A DNA stretch of 63,685 nucleotides, counting the filler, from Octopus bimaculoides (taxonomy: Eukaryota): the NCBI RefSeq assembly GCF_001194135.2. It is 4 parts of 4 records of this genome, joined end to end, with 100 filler letters (N's around TTAATTAATTAA, not from the genome) between each part and the next. Parts side by side here need not be neighbours in the genome. Positions count along the whole stretch, not along the records: positions 1 to 12,695 come from NC_069005.1; 3 more parts are not named here. One strand, 5' to 3'. The notes beneath the pieces were generated by a model. That model saw only the letters and a program-made list of their open reading frames with translations. It was not told the origin of the DNA and searched no databases. Both the position numbers and the translations under genes were made by a program. Positions 1 through 12,048 of this stretch are shown one piece after another (the first letter of the stretch is position 1; every line of letters begins with the position of its first letter).

Positions 1-320
1 CACCACCATCACCAACACCACCTCATACCAGCAGCTGCACCACCACCACCACCAGCACCACCACCCCATACCACCTCATACCAGCACCACCAGCATCACC
101 ACCATGATGTAAATCACAACACCACATAACTGAATCAGTGCAATACCACACAGATACAACCATCATACCATTGTCACCAGTAACTTTGCAACCCTTTTGT
201 TACCAAATTCCTATTGAAACACATTGCTTTTGTTTCGACTAATTCAGAAAATAATGGAGAATTTGGTAAAAGAACTGTCATTTATTGTGCTGGTGTTTGG
301 AACATAAATTGATTTTAAAA

Positions 321-716
321 TTTTGGCACAAGGCCAGCAATTTTAGGGGAGGGGGTAAGATGATTATATCGATCCCAGTACGCAACTGGTACTTATTTTA
401 TTCACCCTGAAAGGATGAAAGGCAAAGTTGACCTTGGCGGAATTTGAACTCAGAACATAAAGACAGACGAAATACCTGCTAAGAATTTTGCCTGATGTGT
501 TAACAATTTTTTTCTACTCTAGACTTGAAATTTTTGGGGAGAGGGCCAGTCGATTAGATCGACCCCAGTATGCAAGTGGTACTTATTTTATCGATCCCAA
601 AAGGATGAAAGGCAAAGTCGACCTTGGCGGAATTTGAACTCAGAACATAGCGGCAGATGAAATACCGCTAAGCATTTCGCCCAGCGTGCTAAAGATTCTG
701 CCAACTTGCCACCTTA
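321..716 (-). mobile_element. Two tandem copies of tRNA-derived SINE family A
   Basis: Both match the recurring consensus (rc) GGCGAGCTGGCAGAA..GTTCTGAGTTCAAATTCCGCCGAGGTCGACTTTGCCTTTCATCCTTTCGGGGTCGATAAATTAAGTACCAGT, which has a Pol III B-box-like GAGTTCAAATTCC. Confidence 0.85.
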
Positions 717-885
717 TTTTGGAATATAAATTAAGACAAAGTCTGGAGGATAGGTTTTAATTTAAATCAATTTAACACAAGATGCTTGTGTCCTGAAATC
801 AAGGGTGGTTTTAAATAGGTTGGTACCAAAAGGGGTTAATTTATCAAATACTCTCCTCTAGACAGGAGCAGCATCTCAATGACTT

Positions 886-1039
886 CATCATCATCATCAT
901 CATCGTTGTTTAACGTCCGCTTTCCATGCTAGCATGGGTTGGACGATTTGACTGAGGACTGGTGTAACCAGATGGCTACACCAGGCTCCAATCTGATTTG
1001 GCAGAGTTTCTACAGCTGGATGCCCTTCCTAATGCCAAT
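886..1039 (-). mobile_element. SINE 3' fragment (family D) with (GAT)n tail
   Basis: rc TTGGCATTAGGAAGGGCATCCAGCTGTAGAAAC..GCATGGAAAGCGGACGTTAAAC(GAT)n. The same motif recurs at 63650-63685. Confidence 0.7.
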
Positions 1040-1490
1040 TTGTAATTTGAGATATATCTTGGATATTAAGTGGACCAACTACATCACCAATACCAAAGTC
1101 CTCAACGGCGCTAAGACACTCAGGGTACTCACTCTACTCCAGCAGCGCCATCTGCGCTGGCTCGGTCGTGTACATTGCATGCCGGGTGTATGGGGAATTG
1201 GCCACCGGCACGAGAGCACGGGGATGACCTCACCGTCGTTTCAAAGATGTCTGCAAGAGAGATATGAAGTCGCTTGATCTGGACGTCCTGAGATGGGAGG
1301 AGGTCGCAAATGATCGCCCACGCTGGAGACAAATACTGCGAAAGGGGATGAAGTGAGGGGAAGAGAAACAGGAACTTGCCAACCAAAGAAAAGCGCCCTC
1401 AATGGAAGAAAAAAACCCAATAGTGCCGATGGAGAGCTTCTTCAAATGCAGTCGTTGTAAGCGAGACTGCCACCCACGTGTGGGCTGTGT
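1040..1490 (+). mobile_element. RTE-clade LINE 3' fragment (degenerate)
   Basis: Frameshifted translation ILDIKWTNYITNTKVL..LQQRHLRWLGRVH..RFKDVCKRDMK..WEEVANDRPRWR..FKCSRCKRDCHPRVG, typical of the RTE ORF2 C-terminus. Confidence 0.8.
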
Positions 1491-1595
1491 GGCCACAACA
1501 GACACTGCATCACCACCAGCAGCTGACACAATTTCTTTGGGTGCTACAGATCCAGGGTTTTTTGAGACTAATGAATGTTTAGTACTACTTTCACT

Positions 1596-1902
1596 GGCAC
1601 TCCGTCGGTTACGACGACAAGAGTGCCAGTCGATCCGATCAATGGAACAGCCTACTCGTGAAATTAAAGTGGAAGGAGCTGAACACTCCACAGACATGCG
1701 TACCCTCTGATGCAGTTCTTGGGGAGATTCAGCAAGACACAAGATGCGACTAGGCTGGCCCCTTTGAATTACTGGTACAACTCATTTTTGCCAGCTGATT
1801 GAACTGGAGCAAATGTGAAATAAAGTGTCTTGCTCAAGGACACAACGCATCGCCGGGAATTGGACTTTATAACCTTACAATCATGAACTGAATACCCTAA
1901 CC
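1596..1902 (-). mobile_element. tRNA-derived SINE family C
   Basis: Near-identical to 15509-15832. Head and core (TTGAGCAAGACACT) are shared with 47110-47400 and 10345-10530. Confidence 0.75.
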
Positions 1903-1924
1903 ACCACCACCACCACCACTACTG

Positions 1925-1981
<57 letters not shown>

Positions 1982-2330
1982 TTACTACTACTACTACAAC
2001 TAACACCTTTACTAACTACTGCTGCTGCTGCTACTACTACTACTACTACCCACACCTTTACTACTACTACTACTACTGCTGCTGCTGCTACTACTACTAA
2101 CATGATTACTACTACTACCAACACTTTTACTGACTACTGCTGCTACTACTACTACTACTACTACCTTTACTACTACTACTGCTGCTTCTGCTACTGCTAC
2201 TATCACCATTACTACTACTACTACTACTACCTTTACTACTACTACTGCTGCTTCTGCTACTGCTACTATCACCATTACTACTACTACTACCACCACCACC
2301 ACCACCACCACCACCACCACTACTATCAAA
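1900..2330. repeat. Compound (CTA)n/(CAC)n/(CTG)n trinucleotide tract just inside the downstream intron
   Basis: Direct inspection; includes a ~70-nt internal duplication. Confidence 0.95.
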
Positions 2331-2383
2331 TAAAGAAGCAAGGCAAGGCAAAGATGTTTGGAAGTGAAGAAATGCGTTCTTAC

Positions 2384-2625
2384 CTGGGATTAGCTCGGAA
2401 AGGACAGTAACCACATTTGAAAGCAGGGGGTTTGTGTGAGTAAGTATGGGAGTTGAAGGTAGTCCGATTGGTGCTTCGGTACGAACATATTGTACAGGTA
2501 AAGGTGTACTGCATGAGGTTCTCGTCAAACTCCCTCACACACATCTCCTCCATTCTGGTGTTTATAGTTATCAGTGAGTCGGGCATGGCTTTCCTTGTAC
2601 TGCTGCTGCCGCCGCCGCCGCTACT

Positions 2626-2657
<32 letters not shown>

Positions 2658-5600
2658 TACTACTGGCTTGGCTTGGACGGTTCTTATCTCTGCTGCCTTT
2701 CACCAACGACATGATACTAGTGCCACTCTTCGCTTCACCCGACCAATAGTAGCTTCGCTGGCCGCCTCTGCTGCTGCTGTTGCTGTTGCCGCTGCTGCTA
2801 CTCTCGTACGNNNNNNNNNNNNNNNNNNNNNNNNNNNNNNNNNNNNNNNNNNNNNNNNNNNNNNNNNNNNNNNNNNNNNNNNNNNNNNNNNNNNNNNNNN
2901 NNNNNNNNNNNNNNNNNNNNNNNNNNNNNNNNNNNNNNNNNNNNNNNNNNNNNNNNNNNNNNNNNNNNNNNNNNNNNNNNNNNNNNNNNNNNNNNNNNNN
3001 NNNNNNNNNNNNNNNNNNNNNNNNNNNNNNNNNNNNNNNNNNNNNNNNNNNNNNNNNNNNNNNNNNNNNNNNNNNNNNNNNNNNNNNNNNNNNNNNNNNN
3101 NNNNNNNNNNNNNNNNNNNNNNNNNNNNNNNNNNNNNNNNNNNNNNNNNNNNNNNNNNNNNNNNNNNNNNNNNNNNNNNNNNNNNNNNNNNNNNNNNNNN
3201 NNNNNNNNNNNNNNNNNNNNNNNNNNNNNNNNNNNNNNNNNNNNNNNNNNNNNNNNNNNNNNNNNNNNNNNTTTTGGCCTTTTTGTTGCTGCTATTGCTT
3301 TTACTGTTCGATTCCGATTCTTTGGAAAGTGGTCTTTTCCGGAAGGCGACATCTTCTTTGGAACTTCGTACGAAATTCACAGCCATTTCCTTCCATGTTC
3401 CGTCAGGTTCTTCTACCAGTACGGTGTATCCTGCTTTGGCAGTCTGACTGCCAAAGCAGAGACGTGGGTGCTCAGTAGCCATGTGTGCTTCGATGCCGTT
3501 GTCAAACCAACTGGCAAACGAGCAGTGTTTGCAGCGTTTCCGTTTCAACATCATGTGCTGCGACCAGATATGGCACTTGACACATGTGCGGAGACGGCTT
3601 TTGTAGGAACAGAACGGACACTGCAGCACTCCTGCTGACACCTCAATGATTTTCCGAGCCATCGCTTTCATCTCCTCGTCTTTTGACGAGGGATTTGACA
3701 GATTCTGCAACTCAATATCCTCTGACTGGGCCTCGAGATGTTTCACTGAACCTTCTGGGATTTGTTTCGTGTCACTCCTAGGAATGTCTTTACTAGCATC
3801 GGAGCTGTTACCGCTTGTCTGTTTACCGAAATCCAAAACAATACTGCTCCCTGACCCATTAGCTCCAGAAGCCTTCAATTCTGATGAATGTTCCGTTTCA
3901 ATGTGCTTCTGGACCTGCCATTCAACAAAACCTTTCGTACTGCACACTGAGCACTTGTAGACGCCATTGCTCAGTTTCACAACCGTTGGACGATTCGGTT
4001 TGGTCAAAGAAGTAGGAATGGTAAGAGGTTCTGTGGCGAGACGGTAACAGTTGGGTGTCTCTGATGATGGACCACTGATGATAAACGTCTGTTTGGTGAA
4101 CGTACTAGCAGAAGTATCCTTTGGAAGCAAGTTGAGAATATTTCGAATGTCTTTATTCCAATCCTGACTTTCAAATTTCGCACCAGGTTTCTTGTTTTCG
4201 TGGAAGTGTAAGCAATGCTGTATAATGTTCTGCTTCTTGATGCTCCGCAGCTCACAGTAAGGGCACGACCATAGGTACAATTTTAAATGGCAGTCAAGGA
4301 TATGGTGATGAATTGTAGCCACGTGGTCGGTGGTAAACTGACAGCACTTACACCGATTCCACTTGCGGTTTCGCGTGTACAGAACACTTAGTTTTGAATC
4401 TAGTGTCTGGCTGCCTATTTCACAAGGAGGTAACGCTGAAGAAAAGTCTGTATCAAGAGTTGATGCTGCTGATTTCTTCTCCGAAGAGGATTTGGATTTT
4501 GTTGTATTCTTCTGAAGACTTCCTTTCGCTGATGGGACTGTCAAGATTGGAGATTGGTTCACAGTTTTGGTTGGCCTCACCATGTTTTTAAATACTTTAC
4601 AGACAAATGGCTTCACTGAATCAGTCGTGCTTCCCTCATAAGGCTGGTCTTTAAATAACGGTACTTTCCAATCGTTGGAGGAATTGGAATTCTTCAATTC
4701 ACATTGAAAGCATGACGAGAGGTTACCATGTTCACAACGTCTGCTGGAATTATATTCTTGGCGAGAGGGATTTACTATTAGATCAAGCATTTCACTTTCG
4801 TTCTTGTTGGAATTGAGAACTTCCTGGATGTGAGTGAAATGGAATTCTTTCTTGGGATGGCGTTTTTTACAAGAAGTTACCAGATATTCTTTTGATGTCG
4901 ATTTAGCATTGCAATGAACACATTTCAAGAAATTCAGAAGCTGACATTCTGGGTGCTTCACTCGAACATGGGTCTTAAGTTGCTGGACATGTTTGTAAGC
5001 GACAGGGCATAAATGACAGCATGCCTTAGCAATAGCTTTGTTTACAAATGGAGTTTCTTCTGAAGATTTTAATGGGTTGGAATTCTTTGAAACTGAAGAT
5101 GCAGCTTCTAGGTCTGTTATACCTAGCTTCTGCTTGCTTTCTGATGTCAAAGATTTAGAGGATTCCTTACCAATGTGTCTAGCAATATATTCTCCAAGGA
5201 AGCTAGGATGATAGTTTCTAACATGGTTTTCGAGAAGTGGAGATTGGCTAGTTGTGTATTTGCAAAGCTTACAGGAATATTGGTTCTTTGGAATTGTTGA
5301 GCTGTGGTTTTTGCTGTCACTAATGGCACTGAATGTTTTAGAGAATGGGAACATATCGTTGGTCAGGTGTAGCGCTGAAAGTAATTCTTTTGGCTTTAGT
5401 TTCGTCTCTAAGTACTCGATATCATTCTTGCTGGGGAACGGTGCCAACTGTAAACTATTTGCATGATCTGCTAGTAGAGCTTTATTGTCTGCTGTTCCAC
5501 TAGTCTGTTTTTCTTGACACACAACCTGACTGGTGACCACAATCTGTTTCGGTTTGCCCGGATGGGCCTCAGAGATGTGATTGAGAACAGCTCTTCGGTT

Positions 5601-8600
5601 CCGGTCTTTTACTGAGCAATGAGGACACTGAATAAACTTGAGCAGGTTTGTCCGGAGATGATTGAGAAGTTCGGACAGTTCTACAAACACCTGTTTACAA
5701 TTCAGACAACTGCACGTCTTTTCGTCCTTATGGAAGATTTCATTATGGTCTCGAAATTCATGTATAAGATTTGTTCCAAACCGACAACCTGCAAAAGCAC
5801 ATTTGAAAAGCAAAAAAATTTTGGAATTTGAGTGAGTTTGCATGTGTCTGAGTAGATTATCTTCACTTGGTGCCACATGCCCACAATGAGCACACGGGTA
5901 AGAGGAGACATACTTGTGAGCAGTCTCCAAGTGGGCTCTAAATTGAGTGGAGTTCATGCTAGCAAAACCACATCCATTAAAACCGCACTTGTAGAATGCT
6001 CCTTTAAGATCTTTATCCATTCCTGCAACAGTGTGGTTCTCTCCAGTTACCGACAAATTCTCAGCATTATTCACTGTCATGGACAAGGACAGTGAATCAT
6101 TGGTAAAACTTGAAATACTGGAACCAGCATTTGAGTCCTTGTAGATATTAGATGAAGTAAGAGAAGGTGGAGAACTAATCTTTAAATCCAGTGCCATGTC
6201 TTGGTCGTCTGACAATTCCTTTTTCAAATCAAGGAGGCTGCCGTCAGAACTGCTGATATCACACAACATATTGGTCAAAGCCGTGAACTCCTTCACTTCT
6301 TTTTTGATATTCATTATCTTTCGGTTGATATCTTCAAGTAAATACTCTTCATCCGGTTGTTCAGATTTAACTTTGACCAAACTGAAATCCATTGCAAAAT
6401 CTGAATTTTCTTTCTTGGTGATTTTGCTGGAACGGTTTTCATCAGCCATTTTCCCAGATGAGGAATTGTTTTCAATTTGATTTGTAACTGAAATGGATTT
6501 TAAGTCTGGGATTTTTTCACAACCCTGGTCTGCAAGAGAAGTCTTTAGAACCTTCAGCTGATGTGTTCCGGCCCTCAAGGGATTTTCAACAATTACAGTT
6601 TCTTTTAATTCCTGAATGTCTCTTTTTTTGCAGTTGACAGAAGACTTAGCCTCCTTATTGGCAGCGCCTTCTGTTTGTTTTGAGATTTTATCAGCGTCAG
6701 TCGTTAGGCTTGAATTTGAGTGTTCTGATGCCTGGTCTAATTTCGAAGAACACGAACTGCTTTTCACTTCAGCTCCGACAAGAAGAGGAAGTGCGACGGA
6801 AAGGTTTTTCACCTCTGAAGCCATTTTAGAAATGGTTTCGAGTTTGAGGTCAGATTTTCGAATGCGACAAATAACAACCGTTTTCTTTGTGCTGTCCTCC
6901 GACTCTGTTTCCGTTGTATTGGTGTCTGTTACTAACTGAAGAATATTGGCTACGACTTCACAACTTTCTCTGGTTAGTGTCGTACAACAGCAGTAACTAC
7001 TCTCTGCAGAGTGTGTGTGTGTCCATAGATGGAAGCGAAATATTTCTTTGTCTTTTGATTTCTTTGCACACTGCAAACAAACATATTCATTGTTTACAAA
7101 TGTCACTTCTAAATCCTTACAGAAAGCCCGATGTTTGTCAGAGAATTGCTTTGGCGACTGTGAAGAGTCTGTGTTGTTTGTAACTGAGAATGGTTCTGAA
7201 TTAGATTTTGATATTTGAGCACCTGGCTCTGCCAGGTGAGTTTGACGGTGCTTTGATGTTTGGGCACCTGAATCTGCTGGATGCGTCTGGCGATGCTTTG
7301 ATGGTGACCGACTCGCCTCAGGACACTGAAAATTCAATTTTTGATCATTACTCGCTCTGATTTCTTTAATCAACAAAGACATATATTTCGGAAGGTGGTG
7401 TTGTCCCTTGTGGCGGGAAAGGACATGCTGCTGCCACTGGCTAGGAGATTTGAATTCACCCGTACACTCATCACACTTAAAAGCATAATTTTCCATGTGA
7501 CTAAAGAGATGATCCTCAAAAGCCGACTGCTTGCCCGAGAAGGAGCAATGACTGCAGGCATACAGACCGTTATCATAACTAAGAATCGTTTCCACTAAAC
7601 TTGATTTACCTGAGCTTAACACGGAACTGGAAGCTGCATTTGGGGGTGGGGCTGGTGGTTGTAGTGGTGGAGAGGAGGAAGATGTGGCTATGAGTGGCGG
7701 TGAGAAAGTCAAAGATGGCGAGGATGATGATGGTGATGGCGACGATGATAATGATGATGAAGAAGAAGAGACAAGGCTGTTGATGGTTGGTGTCCGTAGT
7801 GTTAACAATGGGGATGCTGTGATGGAGTGACTGTCTGATTTACTAGTCAAGTCTGATGATATCTTTGGACATTTCGCAGCAGTAGTGGAGGTGCTTGTCG
7901 TCGTGGCAATAGCATCCAACTTGGCACTGATATTAACAGAGAAATTCTTTGTCGCTTTTTCAATGACTGACAAAAGTGGTTCACAGAATTTCCTCTTGCG
8001 TTCACCATTACTAGTGACTTTTTTGGAATCCGCTGCTATTTCTGGCTTATTTGAGTTGCTGGCGTTAGTGTTTGCTGACTTACCAGACTCGTCTACTCGA
8101 CTGGAATCACTAACATCAGCTGTTACCTCCATGCTGCTCGACTTTTCTTCTTTCTTGCTTTTACATTCTTGAAACTTTGAGAAATCTAATGGGCTGCTTT
8201 GTTCCTTGTTGACAATGGCAGAGTTTTTACTAACAGTCGAAGAGATCGGGACATTAGTTTCTCCTTCTATCGATAAGACCGACACCTCTTGCATATCAGA
8301 ACTAAGATCATTCTGCTTACACCCATCCATCACATTTACGCCTTTTTCACGTACACTCTCCTTAAAAGCCGATTCCACCTGTGGACCATTATTGTTGCAC
8401 GAGGCTTTGGAAGTGATCACATTGTAAAGTTTGGCCTCGAACTGATCTTGGTTAAGATTTGAGAAAGACTCCTCTAACGCATTTGCAATCCTTGTACAAC
8501 TGCTTTCCAAACCTTCGCTACTTTTCTCAGAAGAGCCATCCGCGTCATCTTTTGAGTTTGAGATGATTTCGTTGTTTCTAAACTGCTTTGGTGTGTTCAC

Positions 8601-9740
8601 CATTGTGCTGCTTTCATTTACCGTTTCGCCAACATTGTCACTTTGATGGATGTTCAACTGAAATTTATTGGTGCCACTGATATTCTTCTTCTTAGCGTTG
8701 CCGTTATCCAGTGTCATTGCTTCGTTTGAGTGGGTGTTTTTTCCGTAATCCGTACAGCTGGTTGGGCTGCTGAGGAGAAGCTCAGCCACGCTGCTCTTCG
8801 ACTTCTTGCGCTGGTTCTCCGCATCCCGACCGATGTACATCTCCTCTTTCTGTAGAAGCTCAGCAGTTAGTGTCGAGGAGGCTGGAAGCCCTAACGAACC
8901 CTCGTGGTCCTCGGAGAAATTCTCGTCTTTCCCTGCGATGACTGGCCCCTCAGCAGACAGTGAGCTGGACACGGTACGGCAATCTTTCTCATCATCGTCT
9001 TCTACGGTGGAGGACACAGCACAGATGCTCGTTTCAGGTGAGGTCACAAAGACCCTCGTCTTCATGTAGCTGCCGTGCTCGTCCTCCGACAAACTCTCCC
9101 CGTCCGCTTCTTTAGTAGTTGTTATCATAGTTGCCGAGGCTTTTGCCGCTTCTGTTGTTGTTGCTGGTGGTGTTGGCGATGGCACCGGTGATAGCGATTG
9201 AGGTGTTGATGATGTGGTCTTGTTGTTGTTGTTATTGTTAGTGCTAGTGTTATGTATGCCATCTTTGGTGGAGGAGGAGGTTGTGGTTGTGGTGGAAGAG
9301 GTTTTATCTATGTTGTTGCAGTGTAAATGTGACGTTGTATTATTATATGCTGCTTTTGTGTCATGCTGTTGCTGTTGTTGTTGTTGTTGTTGTTGTTGTT
9401 GCTGTTGTTGCACCTGAGAACTCTGAACACTGTCACATTCGACAACTAAAGGCTGCGTGCAGTTGGAGCTGCCGACATCGTCGACACTGTCCAGCGCGAG
9501 GAGACGATTGGCTGAGTCATCATCAATGTCGTCATCGTCATCGTCGTCGTCATTGCCACTAAAGTTCACCGACGAAGGTGACCAAGTTTTGTTGAAGTCA
9601 CCACTGACCGGGGATGGTGAGGAAGCAATGTCCAGTTTTTCTTTGCCTTTTTTACCATTTTCTTCGTTTGAGTTGAGTTTGCCTGCAGGACAACGCTCGT
9701 CAAAGTGATTGTCACAGTTTTCTGTTTCACATTCAGCCAT
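2384..9740 (-). CDS. Giant coding exon of a large (>2400 aa) multi-C2H2 zinc-finger protein, probable transcription/chromatin regulator; 3'-incomplete
   Basis: Long open frame with about 17-18 dispersed C2H2-type fingers (e.g. YACSHC..HLFSH, FKCDEC..HVLSRH, YPCAHC..HMQTH, IQCPHC..HISEAH, WSCPYC..HCLHFH, LQCPFC..HIWSQH, FTCTIC..HTYSH). The ORF-track start at 9797 is a TTG. The first in-frame ATG after an in-frame TGA is at 9740 in strong context (AAAATGG). After the gap 2811-3271 the coding frame is that of track ORF 2380..2712, which ends at a CAG|GTAAG donor (2384/2383) in the middle of a finger (FKCGYCPFRANPR). Confidence 0.9.
9366..9410 (-). repeat. Coding polyglutamine tract (15 Q, CAA/CAG)
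   Basis: (TTG/CTG)15 on the + strand, in frame with the zinc-finger ORF. Confidence 0.9.
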
Positions 9741-9870
9741 TTTCTTACCCACAATGCTGTGCGTGAGAGAACATTCTCTTACACAGCTGCCATTCAACTC
9801 ACAGTAATTCCATAATCACCAAAATGGTATTTCCAAAGACTTTTTTGGCACCTGGAAAAGATAAAAATGG
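9741..9870 (-). promoter_or_regulatory. Splice acceptor of the giant exon plus 5'UTR segment containing three short uORFs
   Basis: Minus-strand polypyrimidine tract CTCCATTTTTATCTTTTCCAG|G with AG at 9853-9852. uORFs: 9813-9799 (MELL*), 9793-9779 (MAAV*), 9774-9745 (MFSHAQHCG*). Confidence 0.75.
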
Positions 9871-10000
9871 AGAAGAATAAATAAAACACTCAAATTTCAA
9901 AGAAAATGTTATTTCATTCGTTAGACAACAACAATAACAACATAAATTCTACCAGGAATAAGAACAAACCTGAACCAAATCTACAATAATAATGGTTTCT

Positions 10001-10230
10001 TATTTCTTTATTGCCCACAAGGGGCTAAACACAGAGGGGACAAACAAGGACAGACTAAGGGATTGAGTCGATTATATCGACCCCAGTGCGTAACTGGTAC
10101 TTAATTTATTGACCCCGAAAGGATGAAAAGCAAAGTCGACCTCGGCGGAATTTGAACTCAGAACGTAACGACAGACGAAATACCGCTAAGCATTTCACCT
10201 GTCGTGCTAACGATTCTGCCAGCTCGCCGC
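10001..10230 (-). mobile_element. Full-length SINE family A (tail variant B) with a 20-bp target-site duplication
   Basis: Flanked by the perfect direct repeat CTACAATAATAATGGTTTCT at 9981-10000 and 10231-10250. Confidence 0.9.
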
Positions 10231-10344
10231 CTACAATAATAATGGTTTCTGACTTCAGCAGACTATTAAATGTTGTTACACACTGCTGGCCACAATGTGA
10301 TTCCATGCATTAGTGTTGTAGTTTTCAAATGATGCCACCTGACT

Positions 10345-10530
10345 AGCTAGACAGGTAGACAGGGCAATATTTCCCCCTAAACGGAATTCTAATGTGTCAT
10401 AGAGCTGCCTGCTTACAGCTGAGTCGACTGGAGCAACATGAATTGAAGTGTTTTTGTTTAAATATACAATGCACTGCCCGGTCTGGGAATGGAAACCATG
10501 GTCTTGTGATTATGGCAAAATGGTGTATTT
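10345..10530 (-). mobile_element. Diverged SINE family C copy
   Basis: CAGCTGAGTCGACTGGAGCAAC..TGAAGTG.. matches the family C core. Confidence 0.55.
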
Positions 10531-10984
10531 TATGTGCCACCTGCACAGGAGCCAGTCCGGCGGCACTAGCAAAGATCTCACTCGAATGTCTCACACGTGC
10601 CAGGAAGGCGACGCTGGGCACAGGTGCCATCACGATTTTGCTTTCGCTTGCCCCAACAGGTCTTCGCAAGCCGAGTTTAGTGTCCACTATATAGATAGAT
10701 GGATGGATGGATGGATAGATGTACGGACGAACGGACGGATGGACGGACGGACATTGATATGTGATTATATTGTGTTATATTACACTGTGTACCAAAATTA
10801 TTATTATTTTTTTGTCTTTGGTCGGTAGGTATTGTTTCCTATTTGCTTCTATCAAGAAATCCAAGGAAATGGCTTCTATTTTCTTCAAACCTTGCTTTTC
10901 TGCCCTGGACAGCAATGTTTTAAAACTGACCTATTTTCCATTACATTTCAGGCAGGTTCAACTCTGAGTTGCTGAAGCAGAAAT

Positions 10985-11170
10985 ATTGTTATAGCAAATA
11001 TTCTGCTCAATACCACAGATTTGTTTGTCAGTTGTTTGACCGTAACCAGTTGAGCATGTCCCTTAGTGACTGACAATATGTGCATATCTGACGATGAGCA
11101 GGAGTAGTGGGAGAGCATCAAAGCCATATGTTGAGAGGGATTCTTTGGGGGTTTGAATAAATGTAACAAG
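10985..11170. repeat. Dispersed repeat, also at 25410-25600
   Basis: Shared CAAATATTCTGCTCAATAC.ACAGATTTG.TTGTCAGTTGTTTGACC..GCCATATGTTG.GAGG.AT.CTTTGGGGTTTGAATAA. Confidence 0.7.
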
Positions 11171-11424
11171 AGTAAAGTTTGAAAGAAATATTAGCCGTTT
11201 TTCATACTTTCTAGTGGTAAGCAAATAAGAAATAACAGTTGCTATCCAAGGAGAGTGCTTGGACATAAACAAATACGCCATTTGTTCTTTGAGCGGTGTT
11301 GGAAAATGATAGATGTAGAGACAGATGCATACAAATGCACAATCATGTTCACTCACATACATATATACATATACATACACAGACAATTCCCCTTCACGCA
11401 CAAACATACATGATGTACTTTTGC

Positions 11425-11797
11425 AGTTTCTTATTTCTTTATTGCCCACAAGGGGCTAAACATAGAGGGGACAAACAAAGGGATTAAGTCGTTTACATTG
11501 ACCCCAGTGTGTAACTGGTACTTAATTTATCGATACCGAAAGGATGAAAGGCAAAGTTGACCTCGGCGGAATTTGAACTCAGAATGTAACGGCAGACGAA
11601 ATACCGCTAAGCATTTCGCCCGGCGTGCTAACAATTCTGTCAGCTTGCCGCCTTAAGAATATAATATTCTTTTCTACTCTAGGCACAAGGCCTGAAATTT
11701 TCGGGGAGGTGGGGCAGTCGATTTAATCGACCCCAGTATACAACTGGTACTTAATATATCGACCTTGAAAGGATGAAAGGCAAAGTCAACCTCGGCA
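11425..11797 (-). mobile_element. Tandem SINE family A pair (full copy plus 5'-truncated copy)
   Basis: Consensus match; the first copy abuts the tail (TTTTCTACTCTAGGCACAAGG) of the second. Confidence 0.85.
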
Positions 11798-12048
11798 GTG
11801 TGTAACAATTTAGAATAAATTTGTGCTGACATATAATTAATGTGGCGAGCATTAATTACTTTATTAGAAATAATTATGTGCTGAGGAAAAAATGACATTA
11901 GCTAAATAACAAATATCATTTTAATTATATTTGTTATTCTTAGGGATGGTCATATTTTCCTAATTAAACACACGCACTTCATATTTGGTCTTCACTACAT
12001 CTTTGTTATCATAATTTTAGTTTCTTTCAAAGGCAGTGAGTTTATAAG

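Noticed and set aside
2700-2810. Track ORF C-terminus RTRVAAAATATAAAEAASEATIGRVKRRVALVSCRW
   Set aside because: The frame is carried through an estimated-length gap. The alternative frame is open and encodes two more C2H2 fingers ending at a splice donor.
3646-9708. Plus-strand ORFs overlapping the zinc-finger exon
   Set aside because: Short antisense shadows of a long coding frame with no recognisable domains.
9741-9797. N-terminal extension MNGSCVRECSLTHSIVGKK
   Set aside because: It starts at TTG and is overlapped by uORFs; the first ATG in good context is at 9740.
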